A DNA stretch of 37,425 bases. It comes from a virus. Lineage: Duplodnaviria; Caudoviricetes. Shown here piece after piece: positions 1 through 8,513 of this stretch. Each line of letters starts with the position of its first letter. Positions within the stretch are counted from its first letter, which is position 1. The DNA lies in the IMG/VR virus record IMGVR_UViG_3300020043_003222, positions 1-37,425 of that record. One strand, written 5' to 3'. The notes under the pieces are model-generated. The model saw only the letters and a list, made by a program, of their open reading frames with translations, made no database searches and had not been told where the DNA came from. Made by a program: the position numbers and the translations under genes.

Positions 1-121
1 ATGACGCTGGATGCGTCGGGGAATTTGCTGGTGGGGACGACTAACGCGACGGTTGCATCCGCTGTCGGCTCTCGTTTTATTGATGGCGGAAAGCGGCTCG
101 ACATCTGTCGCGATGCTTCAA
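1..121. repeat. Exact 121-bp duplicate of 37305-37425 (circular assembly overlap)
   Basis: ATGACGCTGGATGCGTCGGGG...CGATGCTTCAA is identical at both ends and falls inside a continuous ORF. Confidence 0.97.
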
Positions 122-528
122 CCGATGCGTCGATTGGGCTTGATGTTTATTCAACAACTGCCGCTGCTTATCGTTTTTACATCGGTCTTGGAGGCACGGT
201 GTTTGCCACCAACACGACCATCTCGGCAATCTCAGATGCTCGACTGAAGGAGAATGTCCAAGACCTCGACGTTGGTCTGGGTGCGATTCTTGCCCTGAAG
301 CCGCGCAAGTTTGATTGGAAGGCTGGTAAGGGTAAGGACATCAAAGGCGATAGGGGTTTCATCGCTCAAGAGTTTGAGCAGGTGTTCCCTAACCTAGTAG
401 ACGAGTGGAAAGACCCTGCTCCCGAAGGCGAAGCTCCTTACAAGTCCGTCCGCCAAGACCTCATTCCTGTGCTGGTGAAAGCCATTCAGGAACTCACCGC
501 CCGTGTTCAAACTCTCGAAGCTAAGTAA
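1..528 (+). CDS. C-terminal part of tail fibre with intramolecular chaperone (peptidase S74-like) domain; continues the ORF starting at 36537
   Basis: SDARLKENVQDL...LKPRKFDWK...GFIAQE...LIPVLVKAIQEL is the typical autocleaving chaperone signature; in frame with 36537 across the end overlap. Confidence 0.9.
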   Translation: MTLDASGNLLVGTTNATVASAVGSRFIDGGKRLDICRDASTDASIGLDVYSTTAAAYRFYIGLGGTVFATNTTISAISDARLKENVQDLDVGLGAILALKPRKFDWKAGKGKDIKGDRGFIAQEFEQVFPNLVDEWKDPAPEGEAPYKSVRQDLIPVLVKAIQELTARVQTLEAK

Positions 529-531
529 GCC

Positions 532-963
532 ATGATTACCCTCTCTTGGATCATCGAACGCCTTCTCGTTAAGCCGACCGAAGGCTCACTCACCGATGTC
601 GTTATCACCGCCGATTGGCGTTGCAACGGCTCGCAGGATCAGTACAGCGGAACCTGCTACGGTAGCTGCTCATTCGCTCCGCCGACTGGTAGCTTCACTC
701 CGTACAACGAATTGACGCAGCAGCAGGTTCTCGACTGGTGCTTCGCCAACGGCGTGGACAAGTCGGCCATCGAAGCGAACGTCTCGCTCCAGATCCAGAA
801 CCAGATCAACCCGCCGGTTGTCAGTTTGCCGCTGCCGTGGGTGCCACCCACCATGATCGTTCCTCCGATGTTGCCTCAGGTGGAGCCGGTTTTGGTCAAT
901 ACGGAAACTCCTGTCGCCGCTGTTGACGAACAGGCTCCTGTTGCTGAAGCTCCTGCCGCATGA
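532..963 (+). CDS. Tail-fibre-associated hypothetical protein
   Basis: Directly follows the fibre; W-x-I start, VVITADWRC and FTPYNELTQQQVLDW resemble proteins commonly found behind chaperone-bearing fibres. Confidence 0.65.
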   Translation: MITLSWIIERLLVKPTEGSLTDVVITADWRCNGSQDQYSGTCYGSCSFAPPTGSFTPYNELTQQQVLDWCFANGVDKSAIEANVSLQIQNQINPPVVSLPLPWVPPTMIVPPMLPQVEPVLVNTETPVAAVDEQAPVAEAPAA

Positions 964-1112
964 TCAAAATCGAACTCAGCACCGAGCAGGCCAATCAACT
1001 CCTCCAACTCATCGATGTCGCCATCAAAGCAGGCGGCTTCCAGAATGCAAAAGTAGGAGTACCACTGGCCGACCTCATCATCGCAGCCGCACAACCACCT
1101 AAAGCAGAATGA
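960..1112 (+). CDS. Small hypothetical protein, 50 aa (MIKIELSTEQANQLLQLIDVAIKAGG...)
   Basis: Not in the ORF track; ATGA overlaps at both ends fill the gap exactly. Confidence 0.75.
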   Translation: MIKIELSTEQANQLLQLIDVAIKAGGFQNAKVGVPLADLIIAAAQPPKAE

Positions 1113-1291
1113 AGAATTGGAAAACCACCGCTGGCGGAGTCGCTGTCCTACTGGCCGCACTCTCCGTTTCAATCAAGCAGGCCATCGCTGGTGATATGGC
1201 CAACGCCATCGCCGCCGCTGTCGGTGGTGCCGGTGCGATGTTCGCATCGCTCAAAGCCCAAGACGCTTCATCGGAGGACAAGAGCAAGTGA
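1109..1291 (+). CDS. Small membrane protein, holin-like
   Basis: MKNWKTT start, two hydrophobic segments, charged C-terminus. Confidence 0.55.
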   Translation: MKNWKTTAGGVAVLLAALSVSIKQAIAGDMANAIAAAVGGAGAMFASLKAQDASSEDKSK

Positions 1292-1566
1292 AAGATCAGC
1301 TACGAGATCTTGGAATTAACATCGGACTCCTCGTGGCTGGTTTCGCTGGTTCACTTGTGACCGTCAAAAAGGACGGCCATAAGAACTGGTTCACTACTCT
1401 CACCTCACTCATGGCCGGTACTCTATCGGCCAATTACCTCACGCCGCTGGTGGTCGATGCATTCAATATGCAGAACTCCAACACCCAGTACGCAGCGGCT
1501 TTCATCATGGGCTTCCTAGGACTGCACGGTGTCGAATTCGTGATCGACAAATTCCGAAAGAAATGA
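1288..1566 (+). CDS. Putative holin (about 3 TM segments)
   Basis: LLVAGFAGSLV...LMAGTLSANYLTP...AAAFIMGFLG pattern, basic C-terminus, GTGA coupling. Confidence 0.65.
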   Translation: MKDQLRDLGINIGLLVAGFAGSLVTVKKDGHKNWFTTLTSLMAGTLSANYLTPLVVDAFNMQNSNTQYAAAFIMGFLGLHGVEFVIDKFRKK

Positions 1567-1922
1567 GGCTCGCAACCATCGTTAATGTGATCGCCAGCGG
1601 AGTCCTTGCCGCTGGCGTTTCTGCTTTCATGGTACTGCTCTATCGAACCGGCGGAATCGTTGAACGATTCCACGTTGGCGGTAGCTTAGTACTCCGCATT
1701 TGTCTCGCAGGAACCGCTGCCGGTGCGCTCGGGAATTGCCTGACCCTTTCCACACCCCCAGACACCGAGATCCTAATGAACTGCGGACTCGCAGGGATCT
1801 TCGTCTGGGCTTCAATCTTCCACGCAAAACTCATCAAACATGGACCCCCTAGCCAGCGTCTCACAGGGACTGATGAAAGCAGCACTCGACAAGCTGCTGG
1901 AACAGAAGGACCAAACAAGTGA
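1563..1922 (+). CDS. Membrane protein (about 3 TM segments) in lysis-like cassette
   Basis: Three hydrophobic stretches; ATGA coupling. Confidence 0.6.
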   Translation: MRLATIVNVIASGVLAAGVSAFMVLLYRTGGIVERFHVGGSLVLRICLAGTAAGALGNCLTLSTPPDTEILMNCGLAGIFVWASIFHAKLIKHGPPSQRLTGTDESSTRQAAGTEGPNK

Positions 1923-2040
1923 AGACGGAGCCAAAGATCAAAGCCTCGTGGCTCGCCTCAATGCTCGCATTGATGCTGCCGGGATGCACACCGACAAGAG
2001 TGGTAATGGTCCCTCCAGGACAACCAGTCAGACTGGCTGA
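1840..2040 (+). CDS. Hypothetical protein overlapping the lipoprotein gene (possible spanin partner)
   Basis: A-rich leader (TCATCAAAC-ATG), amphipathic N-terminus, overlapped arrangement. Confidence 0.45.
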   Translation: MDPLASVSQGLMKAALDKLLEQKDQTSEDGAKDQSLVARLNARIDAAGMHTDKSGNGPSRTTSQTG

Positions 2041-2146
2041 AAGCGTCAAAGCCCATGTGTGGGCCAAGGATTCGGACGGCAAAATCATCAAGAGTCGAAA
2101 CCGCGTGACAATCCACGAAGGATGGTACGCACTTCCCAAGGAATAG
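1919..2146 (+). CDS. Putative lipoprotein, o-spanin (Rz1)-like
   Basis: Basic N-region, hydrophobic core, lipobox-like LPG|C (Cys codon 1985-1987), Pro-rich mature part. Confidence 0.55.
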   Translation: MKTEPKIKASWLASMLALMLPGCTPTRVVMVPPGQPVRLAESVKAHVWAKDSDGKIIKSRNRVTIHEGWYALPKE

Positions 2147-2147
2147 T

Positions 2148-3479
2148 ATGGCAACCCCACTTACAGGCAGTTCAGTAGCAGCAACCTACACTGGCCTACT
2201 CAAGACCTCCGACAACGCCAGCCTCAGCGGAACCCTCAAGAGCGTCAGCGATGGCGGCGGAACCGATTCCTCACTCCAGCTTTCCACCACCGCCGCGAAC
2301 ATCGTAGGTGATTTCAGCGTTGCCACCAGCAAGCTCACAGTTGCCTCTGCAAGCGGTAATACCCAGATCGCCGGTACTTTGGGTGTCGCCGCAGCTACAA
2401 CGCTGTCCTCCAGCCTCGCAGTCACTGGATTGGCCACTATCGGCTCCACCCTCGGGGTGACCGGTGCCACAACCCTCTCGTCCACTTTGGCCGTCACGGG
2501 AGCCACCACGATCTCATCAACGCTGCTTGTTACTGGAAACATCTCAACCGGAGGGGCCGGAAACATCATCATCGGAAGCAACTTGTCGGTGTATGGAAGC
2601 ATCACTCAGACAAACGCTGCCGCCTCAAGCAGCCTCGCTGGAAACCTATCCGTTGGAACAAATACAGCCCTAAACACCCTGAGTTGCAGTGGTCTCGCCA
2701 CGTTCAACGGTGGGGTTGATATCCCCGGAGCGGTTTACTTTGGTGATACGTTAAACGTCGTTGGTGCTGCCACCTTCTCAAGCACCATCGCTGCCACTGG
2801 AACCATCTCAACCAGCGGCAACCTATTCGCCACCGGAAACCTGACCGTAAACGGCAACAGCACCATCGGAAACGCTGGAACCGATCTTCTGACGGTGAAC
2901 GCGAACGTGGTTACGTTCCCGAATATCACTACTCAGAATGTTGATGTTGATACCGATAAGGTTATCATTCTTGATTCCACCGGAAGGCTCAGGGCTTCAG
3001 ACTCACTCCAGTTCGTTCAAACGTCAGCAAATGCTCCGCAGTGTAAGCAAACTGCAATCACTACGAGATCAACCATTGCTGCATCCACAAGTGGTTCTGG
3101 AACAGAGGTTATTGCTGTAACAATCACTCCAAGAAGCGGTGGATCAAAGATACTTGTCTCCGCAGTTATCAATTACTCTTTTTCAACAAGCTATTCAAAG
3201 AACTGCACGTTCAGGCTTACTCGAAATGGAACCGAGATCGGAACAAGCACTGGAATGGGAATAGTTGGTATTTCTTCCGCAAGCTACGAGGACGGAGAAA
3301 TCGAGGCTATTAACAATGTTAAGATTCAGTTCTTTGATACCGGAATTACAACGGTAACTCCGTATACATATAAGATTCATATATATGGATCTAATAATAT
3401 GTATCTTAACTACAATGTCTCTGCTTATAGCCAGCAAAGCGCAACATCAACTATTGTGGTTCAGGAGTTCTTCGCCTAA
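2148..3479 (+). CDS. Tail fibre/spike protein with about 12-aa G/T/S-rich repeats
   Basis: Repeats such as GATTLSSTLAVT; position in tail module; AT-rich C-terminal domain. Confidence 0.7.
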   Translation: MATPLTGSSVAATYTGLLKTSDNASLSGTLKSVSDGGGTDSSLQLSTTAANIVGDFSVATSKLTVASASGNTQIAGTLGVAAATTLSSSLAVTGLATIGSTLGVTGATTLSSTLAVTGATTISSTLLVTGNISTGGAGNIIIGSNLSVYGSITQTNAAASSSLAGNLSVGTNTALNTLSCSGLATFNGGVDIPGAVYFGDTLNVVGAATFSSTIAATGTISTSGNLFATGNLTVNGNSTIGNAGTDLLTVNANVVTFPNITTQNVDVDTDKVIILDSTGRLRASDSLQFVQTSANAPQCKQTAITTRSTIAASTSGSGTEVIAVTITPRSGGSKILVSAVINYSFSTSYSKNCTFRLTRNGTEIGTSTGMGIVGISSASYEDGEIEAINNVKIQFFDTGITTVTPYTYKIHIYGSNNMYLNYNVSAYSQQSATSTIVVQEFFA

Positions 3480-4240
3480 TGAAACCCTCTGAAGTAGCTC
3501 AAGCGGCCTGCGACAAGCTGTCGTTCACGGACTCTGCCACGCTCGCGTTGGCCAAGAGGTTCTGCATTCGTCGCTACTCCATGATCTGGGATTCGTGTTT
3601 GTGGAACGATACCCTCGGAGTGACCTCGATCTCTGTCGCTGATGGGGATGAGATCAATACGATCAACACCTTCGTCACCACAACCTACTCCTCGAACACC
3701 GGGTACAACATGTACATGGACTTCCCGGTGGCCGCGAAGTTCACGATCAACGGAGATACCGATGGCATCGAGATCCCGTCCGCTGAATGGGTGTCGTTCT
3801 TCCAGCTCGATCCCAACACTTGGAACAACGTCGATAGCCGCAAGTCTACGCCCAACAACTTCGTGAACTGGGTCCGCAACATGGACGTTGCCTACGGACT
3901 TGCCGGTGTTCCGAGGATCAAGCTCATCCCGGTTCCAAACGTCAACGGAACGCTCTTCGTCCTCGGCAAGAAGCAGTCCCAGATGCGCCAGTTCGGTGAG
4001 ACGATTGCCATCACCAACGACAGTAACTTCGAGCTGCACGGTGTTGAGAATGCACTGATGGCCTACACCGAAGGCGATCTCCTCGAATACTCACGGCAGT
4101 ACGGCAAAGCCCAAGCCAAGTACCAAGAGGGAGCCGCTCAGGTTTCCATTATGAAGGACATGGAGCGAGGTCAGCAGCAGCAGATCAGCCGGATCATTCC
4201 TGACAGCCTCTACGATTACACCTTTCAGGACATCACCTAA
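3479..4240 (+). CDS. Head-tail adaptor / tail tubular protein A-like
   Basis: Size and position directly before the nozzle gene; helical N- and C-termini with a beta-rich middle. Confidence 0.55.
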   Translation: MKPSEVAQAACDKLSFTDSATLALAKRFCIRRYSMIWDSCLWNDTLGVTSISVADGDEINTINTFVTTTYSSNTGYNMYMDFPVAAKFTINGDTDGIEIPSAEWVSFFQLDPNTWNNVDSRKSTPNNFVNWVRNMDVAYGLAGVPRIKLIPVPNVNGTLFVLGKKQSQMRQFGETIAITNDSNFELHGVENALMAYTEGDLLEYSRQYGKAQAKYQEGAAQVSIMKDMERGQQQQISRIIPDSLYDYTFQDIT

Positions 4241-6201
4241 TGCCATTCCAATCCTCAGACGCACTCGACGACCAGATGCTTCTGGATGGAAGCAATGGGT
4301 TCAGCACTGGTGTCGTTTCCGGTACTCGTCCAGATGCCATTCCAGCGACCAGCTTGGAGTCGGCCATCAACATGGACTACGATGACTTCGGCAATCTGGT
4401 CACTCGCCTCGGGTCCGTTTCGCTGATTGGCAACAGCATCACCGACAACTGGGAAAACGTTATCACGAACTGGGAGTCTACCACTTCCAACTTCGCGTCC
4501 AATCTCCCGATCAACTGCCAAGTCTACTCGGGCTTCTACTTCGATACGTCCGCATCAGAGCGTCTGGTCATCGCCCTGAATGACATCAACGCTAACACCA
4601 ACCAGTTGTACACTGGTTCCCCTGGCGTTTCGTACAACCTCATCTCTGGCTCCACGTTCAGCCCGCTGGCCAATTACGTCTACTTCGCCCAGCTCAACGA
4701 GAAGCTGTTCTACTCGGACGGCTACAACTCGTTGAAGTATGTGAACAGCTCGAATGCGAATGCGTCCATTGCAGCCGGAAAGATCAGCCGCATCGATGTT
4801 ATCAATCAGGGAAGCGGCCACAGCACAATCCCAACAATCACCATAGCCGCTCCTCCGAGCGGAATCACGGCCACTGCGGAAGCAAGAATTGGTGGCGATG
4901 GAGCGATTCTTTCCATCGTAATCTTAAACCCCGGAAGCGGGTACATCACCCCTCCTTCTGTAACCATATCTCCGACCAACCAGTCTCATGCGGTCGCTTT
5001 CGTTTCGCTCGCGCCTCCGAGCAAGCCGATCTATCTGACCACGCACACCAATCGTCTCTGGTGCGCCTCGGCGGATACCGCGATCACACCCGATACCCTC
5101 TACTTCTCGGACATCCTCGATGGCGAATCCTGGGACCCTCTCGGCTCCGTTCGCGTGGGCGGTGATGGCGATCCTATTCGCGGTCTCTACTCGTGGTTCG
5201 GATACCGACTGATCGTATTCAAAGAGCGGTCCATCTGGTATGTGGATGCTGATCCCACGCTCGATCCTGCCGATTGGTCCATCTCGATCATCAGCGGAAA
5301 CATCGGCTGCTCCTCGCACCGATCTATCGCCGCTGTCGGTGCGGATGTGTTCTTCCTCTCGCGTGATGGCATCCGGTCGATGGCCCAGATCCAAGCGGGC
5401 ACCCAGACCAGCGTTGGACTCGCGCTCTCCAGCCCGATCAACGATCTCATCAGCCGCATCGATAAGACCAAGCTGGAACTCTGCGATGCAGTGTTCTGGA
5501 ACAATAGGTACATGCTCGCGGTTCCGTTCGTTCAGGAAGGACCGTTCGGTATTGGTCTCGAAAGCGAGTACGCCATTCTTCTCGAAAACGGCTTCTCGCT
5601 CGAACTTGAAGACTTAATCCCTCGCAACAACGCGATCATCGTCTACCACTCACTGGCCCGCTCTTGGCTTGGCTACTGGGACAACTGGCAGGTGAACGAC
5701 TTCTTCACCACCTCATTCGCCAACTTCGGCCCCGTGCTGATGTTCGCGGGCGATATGACCGCAGTGGCCGAGGGCGGTGGACAGATCTGGTCCTTCAACG
5801 ATTACCTGCCCAATACCCGCACCAGCCCGACTCAGGTGTCGTCCTATCTCGATGGCGGTTCCAGCTATCAGTCGAGCGTCATCACCAAGGCGTTCACCCT
5901 GGGAGAACCCATCCCCGACAAGATCGGCTACAGCGTCCAGCTCGCGTTCGATAACCCGTACACCACCCAAAACACGGGTGTGACGGTTTCCTACGCCAAG
6001 GACATGAGCGGGACGTTCTCCACCATCGATCCCAACTTGAGCATCACGAACTCGCAAAAGTTCCTGAAAGCCTACAACCTGATCAGCAAGGGCCGGTGGA
6101 ACTCGATCCAGTTCAAGGTTGAAACCAACTCGGGCGGTCGCCTGTCATTCCAATCCGCGATTGTATCTGGATTCGTCGATTCTGTGCGTCCTCAGCAATG
6201 A
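4240..6201 (+). CDS. Tail nozzle / DNA stabilisation protein (P22 gp10 / T7 gp12-like beta-propeller)
   Basis: NRLW...LYFSDI..ESW, LIVFKERSIW, GNIGCSSHRSI, VFFLSRDGI motifs typical of podovirus nozzles. Confidence 0.75.
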   Translation: MPFQSSDALDDQMLLDGSNGFSTGVVSGTRPDAIPATSLESAINMDYDDFGNLVTRLGSVSLIGNSITDNWENVITNWESTTSNFASNLPINCQVYSGFYFDTSASERLVIALNDINANTNQLYTGSPGVSYNLISGSTFSPLANYVYFAQLNEKLFYSDGYNSLKYVNSSNANASIAAGKISRIDVINQGSGHSTIPTITIAAPPSGITATAEARIGGDGAILSIVILNPGSGYITPPSVTISPTNQSHAVAFVSLAPPSKPIYLTTHTNRLWCASADTAITPDTLYFSDILDGESWDPLGSVRVGGDGDPIRGLYSWFGYRLIVFKERSIWYVDADPTLDPADWSISIISGNIGCSSHRSIAAVGADVFFLSRDGIRSMAQIQAGTQTSVGLALSSPINDLISRIDKTKLELCDAVFWNNRYMLAVPFVQEGPFGIGLESEYAILLENGFSLELEDLIPRNNAIIVYHSLARSWLGYWDNWQVNDFFTTSFANFGPVLMFAGDMTAVAEGGGQIWSFNDYLPNTRTSPTQVSSYLDGGSSYQSSVITKAFTLGEPIPDKIGYSVQLAFDNPYTTQNTGVTVSYAKDMSGTFSTIDPNLSITNSQKFLKAYNLISKGRWNSIQFKVETNSGGRLSFQSAIVSGFVDSVRPQQ

Positions 6202-6560
6202 ACTCATTCCCAACGGTCAAACTCATTCAAACGCTTGAGCAAGAGTCCGAGGTCTTGCAGGCTGCTCGTGCAAACAATGACTCAATCATTCATCCATCGC
6301 ATGTTGTCGAAAGGAATGGAGAGATCATCGGAGCATCATCCATCGCCCGAGTTCCAATTTTGCTGCTCTGGAATCACACCGAAAAGGTGTCGGCCAGAGA
6401 CAGCATGCACCTTAAACGAGTGTATGACTCCATAATGGAGACAAAAGGGTTTCCCAGATATTTCATAGCTTGCAACGAAAGAAGCCCATACAGCTCGTAT
6501 ATGAAACGATTTGGCTTTAACCCAGTTTGGAAAACAGAAATCTTTGAAGGAGGAGTATGA
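6198..6560 (+). CDS. Putative GNAT-like protein
   Basis: VVERNGEIIGA and YMKRFGF motifs; position between nozzle and internal proteins. Confidence 0.45.
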   Translation: MNSFPTVKLIQTLEQESEVLQAARANNDSIIHPSHVVERNGEIIGASSIARVPILLLWNHTEKVSARDSMHLKRVYDSIMETKGFPRYFIACNERSPYSSYMKRFGFNPVWKTEIFEGGV

Positions 6561-7798
6561 ATATCGATATCAACATATCTAAGGTTTTGGCTCACAGCGT
6601 AATGCTGTTTGCTAAGGATGACTGGAGCAAAGACTATCCTTCTATTCCTTGGGGAGAGCCGCAGATGTGCGGCCCAAGCTACAAACCGGCAGATTTATCC
6701 GCTGCAAACAGGGAGGCCGTTCAGGCTTCAATAGAAACATATCCAATACAAAGGGCCATCGATGTTGCTGCAAGACTTGGTCAAAAAGTTGAAGTTCCTG
6801 TATATAAAAATGGTGTCCAAACCGGAACCAAGACTTATGATTTTGCAGGCAAGTCTGACATTGACATAACCAAAAATGTTTCTGAGGCACTCAATCAGCT
6901 CGCTGGATCTCAAGCTAAGACTCAGCTTGATATAGCTCAGAAATACGGAGTTCCATTTGCTGAGCAAAGAGTTTCCGAACTTAAGGCTGCTGATCCTGAG
7001 CGTTATAAGCTCTACGATCAGTTCTTGAAGGATATTGGCCAGCGTCCCATTGCCGAGACTGCTCCCGCTGCTCCTTCCTATGAGCGCGTTGGAATGCCTA
7101 CGGCTCCGCAGGATACTGGCGAGTCCGCCAGGATTCGCAGTAATCTCGAACGCCAGATCAGTGCCGGTCTTGCTCAGGCAGGAACGCTTGATCCCGCGAT
7201 GATCCGAGCTGCTGAGCAGGCTGTTCGCGCTCGTGGTGCTGCTAGCGGTAACATCCTTGGCAACCTCTCCGCTTTCCGCGAGGCGCGGGCGGTTGGTGAA
7301 GCTGTTGCGAATGCCGATGTCCAACGCCGTCAGCAGGCTCTTGGCCTACTCCAGAGCGGTCAGACCACCAGCGATGTCGCCAATCGTCAGGCTCAGGAAG
7401 CGTTCCAGAATATCCTCGCAGCCACCGGCCAGCGAAACACCGCGCAGCAGCAGACCTTTGCGGGCCAGATGGCCAATCAGCAGCAGCGTCAGGGCGCACA
7501 GCAGCAAAACATTGCGAACATTCAATCTGCTCTTGGTCTCCAGCCCATCGTCTCGCAAGCTGCTCAGCTTGGTGGACTCCAGCAGGGTGCTTCTCCATTC
7601 GCCGCTCCTCAGCTCATGCAGGGAATGCAGCAGGCTTCACCAAGCCAACTGCTTCAGACGGGAGCAAACTTTTCTCTATCAAACGCTCAAAACCAGTTTA
7701 ATGCCGCGCAAGCTGGATCTCCATTGGCTGTTTTCCAAGGTCTTGCAGGAGGCATTGCAAACCTTGGTTCGGGTTACAGGGGATTCATGGGTCCCTAA
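6557..7798 (+). CDS. Internal virion / DNA ejection protein (Gln/Ala-rich)
   Basis: Q/A-rich helical sequence, ARGAASG motif, Gly-rich hydrophobic C-terminus; GGAGG SD with ATGA overlap. Confidence 0.65.
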   Translation: MNIDINISKVLAHSVMLFAKDDWSKDYPSIPWGEPQMCGPSYKPADLSAANREAVQASIETYPIQRAIDVAARLGQKVEVPVYKNGVQTGTKTYDFAGKSDIDITKNVSEALNQLAGSQAKTQLDIAQKYGVPFAEQRVSELKAADPERYKLYDQFLKDIGQRPIAETAPAAPSYERVGMPTAPQDTGESARIRSNLERQISAGLAQAGTLDPAMIRAAEQAVRARGAASGNILGNLSAFREARAVGEAVANADVQRRQQALGLLQSGQTTSDVANRQAQEAFQNILAATGQRNTAQQQTFAGQMANQQQRQGAQQQNIANIQSALGLQPIVSQAAQLGGLQQGASPFAAPQLMQGMQQASPSQLLQTGANFSLSNAQNQFNAAQAGSPLAVFQGLAGGIANLGSGYRGFMGP

Positions 7799-7801
7799 TC
7801 T

Positions 7802-8509
7802 ATGGCGAACGATACCAGCATCAACAACTCATCGGGCGTTGAATCGGAGCCATCAGGACCGAATCAAACTCCAACTCCTGCCGTTGATCAGCTCTACCTC
7901 GTTCCCGGTGGTGGATATCAGATGTGGGGTACTGAGGTTCCGACTATGCCCGGAACTCGGGTTGGTGATGTGCTTGTCAATGACACTGGTGATAAGTGGA
8001 ACTGGATGAAAGGCGACTGGGATTACGCCAATCTCGCCAAGCCTCCTTCTCGGGATAAGGGTGGTCTGAAGCCGGGGGATGAAACCCTTGGTCCTGATTA
8101 CTACAATCCAGCCCCGCAACCCGTTCCGTTTGTTCCCGGAACGTCTCCTAGCGTCACCAAACGCGAGGATCAGGCCATCGTTACTTCCGGTGGTTCAACG
8201 CTCATCGAAGCTCCCAACGATCCACGCATAGCTGCTCCGCTTCCTCCTCTGCCGCAGGAACCGATTCAGGATCTGGCTCGACCTCCGATTGTTCCACAGA
8301 AGCCGAACGTCTCAATTCTTCCGAAGTATACTCAACCACCTGTCGTTGAACCCGTGACGGTTCCGATCCCGACTCGGCAGGTCATGCAAAGCGTTGCGAA
8401 TCCGTACTCGGGATACGTCAACTACGATCCCGATGAGATCCTCGCTGCGGCTATGCAAAGCATGGGCGGAAGACAGGCTCGCCGGTCAATTCTGAACGAA
8501 CTGCGATAA
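7802..8509 (+). CDS. Proline-rich hypothetical protein, probably virion-associated
   Basis: 235-aa ORF tightly packed between ejection-like genes. Confidence 0.55.
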   Translation: MANDTSINNSSGVESEPSGPNQTPTPAVDQLYLVPGGGYQMWGTEVPTMPGTRVGDVLVNDTGDKWNWMKGDWDYANLAKPPSRDKGGLKPGDETLGPDYYNPAPQPVPFVPGTSPSVTKREDQAIVTSGGSTLIEAPNDPRIAAPLPPLPQEPIQDLARPPIVPQKPNVSILPKYTQPPVVEPVTVPIPTRQVMQSVANPYSGYVNYDPDEILAAAMQSMGGRQARRSILNELR

Positions 8510-8513
8510 CTTT

